Shown here piece after piece: positions 9,853 to 18,209 of a stretch of 40,067 bases of DNA. The translations under genes were made by a program, and so were the position numbers. The notes below the pieces were generated by a model. That model was given only the letters and a program-made list of their open reading frames with translations. It searched no databases and was not told the DNA's origin. Source of the stretch: an uncultured Candidatus Saccharibacteria bacterium (lineage in GTDB: Bacteria > Patescibacteriota > Minisyncoccia > Phycocordibacterales > UBA2100); contig CAYIJV010000004.1 of the NCBI GenBank assembly GCA_964363895.1, forward strand, positions 1 to 40,067. Direction: 5' to 3'. Numbering within the stretch: position 1 is the stretch's first letter; each line of letters opens with the position of its first letter.

Positions 9853-10092
9853 ATGCCACAAGAAAAGAAATCTTCACTGCTTTTTATCGCCGGCGCGCTC
9901 GTTGTCGGTGTTCTCGCGGGAGGTGCGGCCGGCTATTATCTCGGATACGATCGCGGCTGGGAGGGAGCTGTCGCAGAGACAACGGCTAATACGGCACAAG
10001 CGTCGAATCCATACGCGAACGTGCAGACCAACCCGCTCGAAAACGTAAAAACGAATCCCTACTCTGACGTGAAGATAAATCCGTTCGACTGA
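9853..10092 (+). CDS. Small single-pass membrane protein with C-terminal NP[Y/L/F] repeats
   Basis: Gly-rich TM helix followed by NPYANVQT-NPLENVKT-NPYSDVKI-NPFD. It ends 1 nt before the next ATG. The start is uncertain (9823 or 9853). Confidence 0.7.
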   Translation: MPQEKKSSLLFIAGALVVGVLAGGAAGYYLGYDRGWEGAVAETTANTAQASNPYANVQTNPLENVKTNPYSDVKINPFD

Positions 10093-10093
10093 T

Positions 10094-11791
10094 ATGCGCA
10101 CTATCAACCACCGTGCGATTCTCTTTTTCGGAATTGCGCTTATCCTCGTTTTCGCCGTTGCAACCCCGCTTTTTGCGCAGGAATCCACGATCACCTTCCC
10201 AATTGCCGATCTCGGCAATTGTGAATCCAAGAGCGCGTGTAAGACGTACTGCGATAACGCCACACATCATGATCAGTGCATCTCCTTTGCGGAGTCACAC
10301 GGCCTCATGAGCGCCGAAGAAGTGAAGATCGCCCGCGCAATCGGCAACGAAAAAGGACCAGGCGATTGCGTAGGATTTGAGTGCAAAGAATACTGTGACG
10401 CGGAGGAGCACATAGATGAATGCCTAGCATTTGCGGAGGAGCACGACATCATTCCACGTGAGGAAGTAGCTATTGCGAAAGAAGTGCGCACCAAGGGAGG
10501 TCCCGGGGGCTGCAAGAGCGAAAAGGAGTGTCGCGCGTATTGCGGCACCGATGGACACTTCGATGAGTGCATTGCGTTTGCCGAGAAGCACAATTTGATA
10601 TCGAAGGAAGAATTGAAGATAGCAAAGAAGATGGGCGACAAGCCGGGACCCGGTGGCTGCCGTCGCGAGGCATGCAAGACATACTGTGAAAATCCCGAAC
10701 ACATGAGCGAATGCGTTGATTTCGCAGTGCAAAGCGGCTTCATGACTGAAGAGGAAGCGACAATGGCAAGAAAAATGGGCAACAAAGAAGGCCCCGGAGG
10801 ATGTCGCGGGGAGGCATGTCGCACGTACTGCGAGACGCCCGAACACATGGAAGAGTGTCTTGCGTTTGCAGAAGAAAATGGGTTGATGTCGCGAGATGAG
10901 ATCGAACGCACGAAGAAATTCATGGGGAAACCCGGTCCGGGTGGGTGTATCGGTCAGCAATGCCGAACCTATTGCGAGGACCCCGCGCACCAGGATGCGT
11001 GTCTCTCGTTCGCGGAGGGAAACGGCATGATGTCACGCGAGGAAGCAGGGCACGCTCGAGAGTTTTCAAACAAGGAAGGCCCCGGAGGATGTCGCGGGGA
11101 AGCGTGCCGTACCTATTGCGGGGATCCGGCGCATATGGAGGCCTGCCGCGCATTTGCCGTCGAGAACGGATTCATAACGCAGGAAGATGCAGGTCGAATG
11201 AAAGAAATGCAAAACATAACAGGTCCTGGTGGGTGCAAGGGCGAGGAGTGCCGCACATACTGCGATGACCCCGCGAACATGGAGGCCTGTAGCACATTTG
11301 CCGAAGAGCACGGGTTCGGCGGACCGGACCATGAGGAGGGACTTGATCGAGCAATCGAGCGCCGCGGATTCGGTCCGCCAGCTGGCGGACCATCCGGAAA
11401 AATGCCCTGCGCATCGCCTGAAGAGTGCGAGCGAATGTACCGACAGAACCCTGATGATTTCAGAAAAAACATGGGAGAAGGGCCTCCGACCGGCGAAGAG
11501 CGAAGAGGCCGTACGAACGAATTCATGGGACGCCCCGATGAGAGCGGCAGCCCCACCAAACCGAAGCCCTATCAAGAAGGACTTCTGCAACCCGCGAGAG
11601 ATACGGGTCACATGCCGCCGGAATACCAAGGTCAGTATCAGCAAGAATATCAACGCCAATCCCAAGAGCAGTATAAAGAGCAATATCAGCAACAGATGCA
11701 ACAGACACAGCAGCAATATCAACAACAATCTCAACAGCCGCCGCCAAACGTGACTCCCCAAGAACAGCAGACGTATCAGCAGTACCCGTAA
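10094..11791 (+). CDS. Secreted Cys-rich repeat protein (GPGGC repeats) with a Gln-rich tail
   Basis: Signal peptide ending PLFA, then eight ~48-aa repeats, each with 4 Cys (GPGGC-x4-5-C-x-x-YC-x4-H-x3-C-x-x-FA), then a Pro/Gly-rich and Q/Y-rich C-terminus. Confidence 0.85.
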   Translation: MRTINHRAILFFGIALILVFAVATPLFAQESTITFPIADLGNCESKSACKTYCDNATHHDQCISFAESHGLMSAEEVKIARAIGNEKGPGDCVGFECKEYCDAEEHIDECLAFAEEHDIIPREEVAIAKEVRTKGGPGGCKSEKECRAYCGTDGHFDECIAFAEKHNLISKEELKIAKKMGDKPGPGGCRREACKTYCENPEHMSECVDFAVQSGFMTEEEATMARKMGNKEGPGGCRGEACRTYCETPEHMEECLAFAEENGLMSRDEIERTKKFMGKPGPGGCIGQQCRTYCEDPAHQDACLSFAEGNGMMSREEAGHAREFSNKEGPGGCRGEACRTYCGDPAHMEACRAFAVENGFITQEDAGRMKEMQNITGPGGCKGEECRTYCDDPANMEACSTFAEEHGFGGPDHEEGLDRAIERRGFGPPAGGPSGKMPCASPEECERMYRQNPDDFRKNMGEGPPTGEERRGRTNEFMGRPDESGSPTKPKPYQEGLLQPARDTGHMPPEYQGQYQQEYQRQSQEQYKEQYQQQMQQTQQQYQQQSQQPPPNVTPQEQQTYQQYP

Positions 11792-11848
11792 ACTGGCCAA
11801 CCACCTAACGGTGGACAAACGAGCATTTTTGAATAGAATGTTCGGAAT

Positions 11849-12409
11849 ATGTTGGCATATAACGAAGTGTTGCCTAAGAAATTGATAATCGTCGACGGCG
11901 AGCCGTACGAGGTTGTCTCGGCTTGGATATTTCGCAAACAGCAGAGAAAACCAGTCAATCAGACGAAGTTACGCAACCTTAAGACCGGCTCGCAGACCGA
12001 GGTCACCTTCCATCAGCCCGACAAAATAGAAGAGGCGGAGGTAGAGACCAAGCTGGCAAAATTCATTTACGCACGCAACGGCGAGTGGTTCTTTCACGAG
12101 ATCAATAATCCATCCAATCGATTCACTATTCCGGAAGAGATGGTTGGCGACGCGGGCAAATATCTCACTGGTAATACCGATGTAGACGTGCGCTGGTTCG
12201 AAGAAAAGCCGATCCAGGTCAAAATTCCCATCAAAATGGCCCTCAAAGTTACAGAGGCTCCGCCAAATACCCGCGGCAATACCGCTCAGGGCGGCAACAA
12301 GGTGGTTACGCTCGAAACGGGCGCTACCGTGAACGTCCCTATGTTCATCAACAAAGGCGACGTTCTGCGTATCAATACGGAAACCGGAGAATACGTGGAG
12401 CGCGTCTAA
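11849..12409 (+). CDS. efp: Elongation factor P
   Basis: 186 aa with the C-terminal signature RGNTAQGGNKVVTLETGATVNVPMFINKGDVLRINTETGEYVER. Confidence 0.96.
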   Translation: MLAYNEVLPKKLIIVDGEPYEVVSAWIFRKQQRKPVNQTKLRNLKTGSQTEVTFHQPDKIEEAEVETKLAKFIYARNGEWFFHEINNPSNRFTIPEEMVGDAGKYLTGNTDVDVRWFEEKPIQVKIPIKMALKVTEAPPNTRGNTAQGGNKVVTLETGATVNVPMFINKGDVLRINTETGEYVERV

Positions 12410-12418
12410 AACAAGACC

Positions 12419-12814
12419 CTATCTAAAAAATCCCCGATACTGGGGATAATTATCACATACAAGCCCCTTCCACCAATCGGTTTCTCGCGAGCCTCGTACA
12501 TCGGTCTTGCAGTATACAAGAAGAATCCGCGCATCCGCAGTGTCTGCGTGCAGAGCTACTATGTATCTATTTCCCGAGCCACGGCGGGATTTTTCGGTTC
12601 CATGCACACGAAAATCCACTTTGAACACTTTAACCCTTTCACTATGTACTATAGTGGTTGCATTGGATTTCGCTATCAAAACATCGAAATTCTTGAACTC
12701 ATCCAGAAGGCCCTTCCACGTGACGTCCCACGCGCTCTTGTACTTCTTCGAGAAACTGCTTACAAAGTGACGCTCGGCAAAGGGCTCGAGGTGTGGCACA
12801 TACTCAATAGACAT
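12419..12814 (-). CDS. Putative RelE/HigB-like toxin
   Basis: 131 aa, basic, and overlaps the 3' end of the antitoxin gene by 11 nt. KVDFRV...KSRRGSGNRYIVAL...RILLVYCK resembles the RelE/HigB pattern (GKSGGxRVIY...LLxxYxK). Confidence 0.6.
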   Translation of the reverse strand: MSIEYVPHLEPFAERHFVSSFSKKYKSAWDVTWKGLLDEFKNFDVLIAKSNATTIVHSERVKVFKVDFRVHGTEKSRRGSGNRYIVALHADTADARILLVYCKTDVRGSRETDWWKGLVCDNYPQYRGFFR

Positions 12815-13487
12815 TGTTGGGGTCTTCCTGAATGATAAGTTCGTACGGGATTAATTCGTTCTCGGCACAAATTTGGTATGGTAATTGCTCGTGAGTAAAG
12901 TCGACAATTTCCTGCGTTCGCTTTCCGCGCCATTTCGTCGCAACATCCGAAATGAGTTTCTGCTCTTCCGCAGATAGTAGGTCGAGGGGTGCATTTGGCG
13001 CGCTGCCCGCTTGCGAAATTAAAAGGGCTTCATCTTTTTTCTCAATATCAATTTTCCCGCTTTCGAAAAGCTCATCAAGTGCACGAAAATAGAGATCCGG
13101 CACTGGGCCGTATTGTATGCGACGATACTGCATATCGCTCATACTTTGCAAATTGCGATAGAACCACGCAAAATCGGCTAGGTAGAGTAATTTTGCTAAT
13201 TTGGTCTTTGGCACTTTACCGCGAGAGTCCGCCCCAACGCGTAGGAACGCTAATACCATCTGCTTGTATTTCTCATAGTTTGGCGTGACTGTGCTCGAAA
13301 GCTCCTCAAGAGTTATCCCAAAAAGTTGCACGAATCGGTGTGCTTCCTCCAAACTCAATTCACGAGATCCATTTTCAACGGCAATATAGGACGATCGTGC
13401 GATACCTAGCTTCTCAGCCAAAAAGGCCTGAGAAAAAGTGTGTTTCCTACGTAACGACTTAATAAATGGGCCTAATTTGTTGGTCAT
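12804..13487 (-). CDS. XRE-HTH plus Panacea (DUF4065/SocA/GepA) antitoxin
   Basis: N-terminal Cro/C1 HTH (IKSLRRKHTFSQAFLAEKLGIARSSYIAVENG) and Panacea motifs KLAKLLYLADF, YGPVP and DFTHEQLPY. Confidence 0.85.
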   Translation of the reverse strand: MTNKLGPFIKSLRRKHTFSQAFLAEKLGIARSSYIAVENGSRELSLEEAHRFVQLFGITLEELSSTVTPNYEKYKQMVLAFLRVGADSRGKVPKTKLAKLLYLADFAWFYRNLQSMSDMQYRRIQYGPVPDLYFRALDELFESGKIDIEKKDEALLISQAGSAPNAPLDLLSAEEQKLISDVATKWRGKRTQEIVDFTHEQLPYQICAENELIPYELIIQEDPNNVY

Positions 13488-13701
13488 AAAGGCACTATAT
13501 CATGGTATGTCAGGAATGTGTACATCATGTGTATAACTACCAGACGTATGTGTGCTATAATTCTTTCAATTCGGAGCACCGAGGATTATCAGCAAGGATT
13601 TCTCAACATCCTCCTGTAGATACTCCTTATACAGCCCAAACAAAAACTCAAGACGCTCGGGTTCGGATTTGAAGCTCTTTTTGCCGTAGCAGGTATGGTT
13701 C

Positions 13702-15708
13702 TTATTCACCGTCCGGCTCAACAACTTCTTGTACAACGCCCTGCACGCTATCGCCCTCCTCTGGTGTTATCGGCATGTGATTCTTGTTACTACTTTTGGG
13801 CAATAAGATTCTACGACCGTCTTTTTTGTCATACATTTTGATTGTCACATTATCGCCTAGTAGGGCGACAACCCTATCGCCCGTGTCTGCCTTTAGTTGC
13901 TGACGACATAAAACGAGATCGCCGTTATTGATGCCTGCAAGGTTCATAGAATCACCTTCTGCTCTGAGAATAAAGTATTTATAACCTGATTTTATCTTTG
14001 ATTTTTCAACCAATACATGGTCCTCAATGTTTTCTTGTCCGAACAAAGGACTGCCGCACGGGGCTGATCCTACAAGAGGTATCCTGATCATGTCCAACGT
14101 AATTGGAGATTTAACGAGTCCACTGTAATTCATCCTCATGCTCACCCCCATTCTCGACTTGAAGTACCTCTCTGTTTCTTTGTCCACAAAATACACATAG
14201 CACCCTCGCATGCCCCGGGTCATAAGCGTCTTGTAGATATTGATGATGTATCTCTCTAATTCGGCAGGATCTGTAATTCCCCTCCACCCGTTTCTATCCT
14301 CGTACTTGTCACCATTTACTACGAGTCGATCCGCTGTGGCATCGTATGCCAACTCGGGACCTACTATGACGCCCACATAATTTAAGTCATATCCTTGTAC
14401 TGTGTGAATGCAACCGACCTCGTTTATCGCGTTGGGCGAGTTGACCCAGTCAGTCGTAGTGCTATTCCATCTCAATTTGAGCCCATTGATATCGATGTCA
14501 GTTGCATCGGGACTCCCCCTACTAATCCACGGCCATGCAAATCCCGCCACAATCCGACTTAGACTGAATTTTCTGTTTTTGATTTTAATATCTGCAACCA
14601 TCTCTGTAGCGTCGTCATAGATTTGGAAATCGAAGTCATGGAACTTCGAATCAAGAGCCTTTTGTCCCTTAAATATATTATTGATAAACGCAATATACTT
14701 TTCTCCACCTTTCACTCGAAGCTGGCTCGTTAGGAAGTGGTGTACTGCTACAAGATTCTTGAATCGCGCGACGTGAACATCGGCGGGTCTAATGCTTTGA
14801 TTTTCATCGTAAAAGAGAATCTGCTGCTTTGAGCACTTGAGAACCCAATCCAGCTCCGTACCGTCCTGCCCGAACTCTAGTCGCTTGTTCATCGCGTCAT
14901 GGCTTCTATAATTTGTGATATTCCGACGCTGCCTTAGCCGATGTGCTTCATCAACAATCAGCAGGTCGTATTTTTTGTCTGCGACTTCGCTTGGTCCTAT
15001 AACCATGCTCTCCGAGAGCCCAGACACGCGTGAAAATGCGTCCTTAATTGATCTGCGCAACGGCGTCATTGATATAACCAGTCCGACTGAAAGATCTTTT
15101 GTCTCATCGTCTTCTTTGAGCAACTTAACCAGATATGTCGCTAAAATAGTTTTGCCTGTGCCGGGGCCACCATTCACAATATGCGTACTTGCCTGACCTG
15201 TTCTAACAGCATGGTACAGTTCATCAGCCACTGCCATCTGATCCTCTGTAAGTGCCTTATATGGGGAATACTTAAACAATTCGCTGTTCTCGATGTCCTT
15301 TAAATCACGCTTCACTAGCGCTAGCTCTTGAAGTTTTTTCCAGATTGTTTCCAGTTTTGCGCGATATCGGTCCCTGTCAAAGTAATTGTGGTTCACCAAC
15401 CCCTTATTGCCATTTTGTAGGCGGAGGGTTCCTTCTGCAGAAAAATACTGAATTAGTTGCGACTCGAGGTCGAGTGTGGCTGATTTGTTATATTCCTCAT
15501 CCGTTATGACATGCAGTGTTTTCAAGCGAGCCCGATCCTCATTTTCGTAGTGTTGTCTGCTTCGATTATGCGCGCTGGTTGTTTCACCTATATATACCTC
15601 GCGTCCGTTTTCTATTATGTAGACCACTGGCCAATCTCGCCCAAGTGGAAATCTTTTAATACCTTCAAAGCCCACCTTATCGAACGCAAATGTTTCGATG
15701 TTGGACAT
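13702..15708 (-). CDS. GIY-YIG nuclease / DUF2075 (Schlafen group-3-type SF1 helicase) / LexA-like S24 peptidase fusion
   Basis: N-terminal VVYII...VYIGET...R. Helicase motifs GGPGTGKT, IVDEAH, CIHTVQGYDL and LMTRG. C-terminal IPLVGSAPCGSP...GDSM...GDLV...VTIK is an S24 domain. Confidence 0.88.
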   Translation of the reverse strand: MSNIETFAFDKVGFEGIKRFPLGRDWPVVYIIENGREVYIGETTSAHNRSRQHYENEDRARLKTLHVITDEEYNKSATLDLESQLIQYFSAEGTLRLQNGNKGLVNHNYFDRDRYRAKLETIWKKLQELALVKRDLKDIENSELFKYSPYKALTEDQMAVADELYHAVRTGQASTHIVNGGPGTGKTILATYLVKLLKEDDETKDLSVGLVISMTPLRRSIKDAFSRVSGLSESMVIGPSEVADKKYDLLIVDEAHRLRQRRNITNYRSHDAMNKRLEFGQDGTELDWVLKCSKQQILFYDENQSIRPADVHVARFKNLVAVHHFLTSQLRVKGGEKYIAFINNIFKGQKALDSKFHDFDFQIYDDATEMVADIKIKNRKFSLSRIVAGFAWPWISRGSPDATDIDINGLKLRWNSTTTDWVNSPNAINEVGCIHTVQGYDLNYVGVIVGPELAYDATADRLVVNGDKYEDRNGWRGITDPAELERYIINIYKTLMTRGMRGCYVYFVDKETERYFKSRMGVSMRMNYSGLVKSPITLDMIRIPLVGSAPCGSPLFGQENIEDHVLVEKSKIKSGYKYFILRAEGDSMNLAGINNGDLVLCRQQLKADTGDRVVALLGDNVTIKMYDKKDGRRILLPKSSNKNHMPITPEEGDSVQGVVQEVVEPDGE

Positions 15709-15711
15709 ACA

Positions 15712-16059
15712 CTAGAACTTCGTGTACTTGGTGTGCTTTCCTTTTGATTTCTTTATCGGGTATTTCTTCTCGTTCTTTTTCATTTTCTCTTCGAACGCTT
15801 TAAACAGATCAATCTCCAAATCTTTGCTCATGATCGCTACCCAATACAGCACATCTGCAAGTTCGTCTGCAATCTCCCCCTTGTGCGAGCGAACATACTT
15901 TTTCATCTCTCCGGGATTTTTCCACTGAAAATGCTCCATGAGCTCAGCCGCCTCCAAAACAAGTGACAGTGCCACATCCTTAGGATTATGGAACTGTTTC
16001 CAATCTCGGGCATCCCGAAAAGCTATCGCCTTCTTTTGAACATCCCGCCAGTTGACCAT
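15712..16059 (-). CDS. MazG-like (dCTP pyrophosphatase-type) nucleotide pyrophosphohydrolase
   Basis: FRDARDWKQFHNPKDVALSLVLEAAELMEHFQW...DELADV...KMKKNEKKYP. CATAAT lies 6 nt before ATG 16059. Confidence 0.92.
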   Translation of the reverse strand: MVNWRDVQKKAIAFRDARDWKQFHNPKDVALSLVLEAAELMEHFQWKNPGEMKKYVRSHKGEIADELADVLYWVAIMSKDLEIDLFKAFEEKMKKNEKKYPIKKSKGKHTKYTKF

Positions 16060-16111
16060 GGGGGCATTATGGCTCAATTCGAGCCCTTCGTCAGCTTGCT
16101 ACTGCTAAACC

Positions 16112-16312
16112 TTACTTCTGGATGAACGGAAGCAATCCCATGAAGCGCGCGCGCTTCACTGCCGCCTCTACGGTGCGTTGCTGCTTGGAAGTGAGGCCGC
16201 TCCGCCCTCGAGCTATGATACGACCATGCGGATTGATGAATTGCTTTAAAAGATCGACATCTTTGTAGTCGACATGCTGAATATCATTCTGGGTTAAAAT
16301 GTTGTTAGACAT
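16112..16312 (-). CDS. rpsR: 30S ribosomal protein bS18 (Cys-free form)
   Basis: [13 protein letters not shown]...GRI...QQR...[13 protein letters not shown], in rpsF-ssb-rpsR order. Confidence 0.96.
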   Translation of the reverse strand: MSNNILTQNDIQHVDYKDVDLLKQFINPHGRIIARGRSGLTSKQQRTVEAAVKRARFMGLLPFIQK

Positions 16313-16315
16313 ATA

Positions 16316-16771
16316 TTAAAAAGGAATATCGTCTGGATTAATATCGTCTTTCGGGTAATCGATTCCGGCACCTCCCCCTCCCGCAGAAACCTCTTCTTCC
16401 GGCTGTGTCCCATCTGGGCGTTTGCCACCAGTGCTACCGCTCCCCTTAGGTCCAAATTGGACCCTGTCGGCGACGACTTCCGTCCGATACTTCTTCTCTC
16501 CGCTTGTCTTATCATCCCAACTTCTTGTCTGCATGCGGCCCTCTACAAATACCGAACTGCCCTTCTTCAAGTACTGATTGACGGTATCAGCTTGGCGACC
16601 GAACACAACGACATTGTGAAAATCTGCCTGTTCTTGTTTCTTGCCGTCACGATCCTTGTATATGCGATTAGTCGCAATGGTGAAATTGACAACATTCATG
16701 CCAGAAGGAAGCGCTCGTAACTCCGGATCGCGAGTAAGATTACCGAAAAGCATTGCTTTGTTGATATACAT
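16316..16771 (-). CDS. ssb: Single-stranded DNA-binding protein
   Basis: INKAMLFGNLTRDPELR OB fold and acidic tail DDIPF. Confidence 0.98.
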   Translation of the reverse strand: MYINKAMLFGNLTRDPELRALPSGMNVVNFTIATNRIYKDRDGKKQEQADFHNVVVFGRQADTVNQYLKKGSSVFVEGRMQTRSWDDKTSGEKKYRTEVVADRVQFGPKGSGSTGGKRPDGTQPEEEVSAGGGGAGIDYPKDDINPDDIPF

Positions 16772-16772
16772 A

Positions 16773-16814
16773 ATGGATAGGTTATAGGGACTAGTGTTTG
16801 GGGACTAGAAAGTA
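16773..16814 (-). repeat. Degenerate 7-bp-period tandem tract upstream of ssb
   Basis: Minus strand TACTTTC TAGTCCC CAAACAC TAGTCCC TATAACC TATCCAT, directly before the ATG. Confidence 0.6.
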
Positions 16815-16831
16815 CAATATCATAAAAAAGA

Positions 16832-17350
16832 CTACTCGGTCGTGATGTCTTGAATCGCCTTCTCAAGATCAACCTCGGAAATAGGCGCGGCGGATTTCTC
16901 GACACGGTGCGGGGCCGCTTTGATGATGTCGGTGCGCCTCACCTCGCGCAATATCGGAGCCTTCATTTTGGCGCGTGTGTCTTCGCGGACTGTTTGGAAA
17001 ATCATATGCCGCAACAGGTTTGTATTTTTCTTGAGTGCCTCGTCAAGCGCTTGCGCAACAGCAACGTGCGCTTCGAATTTTATCCATCCAAAATATCCAC
17101 GGTCATGCTCGACGTATGCTTCCCCCTCCAATGTGGTCATTGGGTACGCGAGCTTCATTAGAGCTGGGGCTCCTTCAGCAATAAACGAGCCGTTGGCTTT
17201 TTCTATTACACTGCGTATCTCGCCAACAATTCTTTCTACATCTCCTTCCTTGACCGTTGGAATGATGTGATAGCCAACTTCGTAGATGCGGACAATGGCC
17301 GGATCCTCCGTGTCGGTTTCAATCGTTATTGCATCCATTTCCTCTGCCAT
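16832..17350 (-). CDS. rpsF: 30S ribosomal protein bS6 with N- and C-terminal extensions
   Basis: RIYEVGYHI...KLAYPM...GYFGWIKF...LLRHMI, upstream of ssb-rpsR. Start set at MAEE. Confidence 0.9.
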   Translation of the reverse strand: MAEEMDAITIETDTEDPAIVRIYEVGYHIIPTVKEGDVERIVGEIRSVIEKANGSFIAEGAPALMKLAYPMTTLEGEAYVEHDRGYFGWIKFEAHVAVAQALDEALKKNTNLLRHMIFQTVREDTRAKMKAPILREVRRTDIIKAAPHRVEKSAAPISEVDLEKAIQDITTE

Positions 17351-17376
17351 ATGTCGGGGCACTCTATCACAGCAGA

Positions 17377-18207
17377 CTATACGCCGCAAGAATCTTTAGA
17401 AATACCGAAAACGCGACATGCGTTCTTGAAAATCTGCTCTGCAACCACGCCAAAATCCTCCCCGCGTATTTCCGCAATGCGGCGAACAACAAGCTCGACA
17501 TAAGCAGATTCATTGCGTTTGCCCCGATGCGGCGTTGGCGTTACATATGGAGCGTCGGTTTCAGAAAGAAGCATGTCTAGCGGTGCGTTTTTAATGACCT
17601 CATCGTAATCGTGTGTAAATGTAATCACTCCTGTAAAAGAAATGGTGAACCCAAAATCCAAGAATCTTTTAGCAGTTTCCCAATCCCCAGCAAAAAAGTG
17701 TACGTCCCCTTTCACCTTCGCATGCGCCTTCAACACTTCGAGCGCATCGGCATATGCATTGCGGATGTGGAGCATAAGCGGTTTTTGTAGTTTGTTTGCA
17801 AGTTCGATCTGCTGAATGAATGTCTTTTTCTGGATTTCTTTGGTATTTTCTTCTGCGCGAAAATAATCGAGTCCGCATTCCCCGATCGCGATCACGCGCT
17901 TCGACTTCCCAAGCGCCTCGTATGCGGCTGAATCGAAGATTTCGCCCCGCGATGTAAACTCCTTTCCACCCTCACCAAGCTCTTTTTCATCATGATATGA
18001 CTTTGATGTATGTATCGGGTGCAAGCCTATCGTTGCAAACACATTGCTGTGTTTTTCCGCAAGCTCCATGGCGGAGCGTGAAGTATCGAGTTGTGTCCCC
18101 ACCACGTTCATCACTACCCCAGCGTCTTTCGCGCGCAGTATCGTCGCCTCGCGGTCGTCATCGTACGCGACAAAGTTCACGTGTGTATGCGCGTCGAAGT
18201 ATTTCAT
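17377..18207 (-). CDS. tatD: TatD-family DNase
   Basis: FDAHTH, GLHP, IGECGLDY, LHIR, ETDAPY; follows metG. Confidence 0.95.
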   Translation of the reverse strand: MKYFDAHTHVNFVAYDDDREATILRAKDAGVVMNVVGTQLDTSRSAMELAEKHSNVFATIGLHPIHTSKSYHDEKELGEGGKEFTSRGEIFDSAAYEALGKSKRVIAIGECGLDYFRAEENTKEIQKKTFIQQIELANKLQKPLMLHIRNAYADALEVLKAHAKVKGDVHFFAGDWETAKRFLDFGFTISFTGVITFTHDYDEVIKNAPLDMLLSETDAPYVTPTPHRGKRNESAYVELVVRRIAEIRGEDFGVVAEQIFKNACRVFGISKDSCGV

Positions 18208-18209
18208 GT

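Noticed and set aside
10200-11320. Regularly spaced DNA repeats that might suggest a CRISPR array
   Set aside because: The period is ~144 bp, the repeats are in-frame and vary at third codon positions, and no cas genes are present. These are protein repeats.
10273-11818. Several overlapping ORFs on and opposite the Cys-repeat gene
   Set aside because: By-products of the repetitive coding sequence, with no independent start signals or domain features.
13702-14091. Stand-alone lexA gene
   Set aside because: There is no HTH, and the S24 domain is in one uninterrupted frame with the helicase. An internal start at nearby Met codons cannot be excluded.
12410-16111. Prophage or integrative element
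   Set aside because: No integrase, transposase, structural genes or att-like direct repeats seen.
17377-18207. tatD as evidence of a Tat export pathway
   Set aside because: TatD is a nuclease unrelated to Tat transport, and metG-tatD linkage is ordinary.
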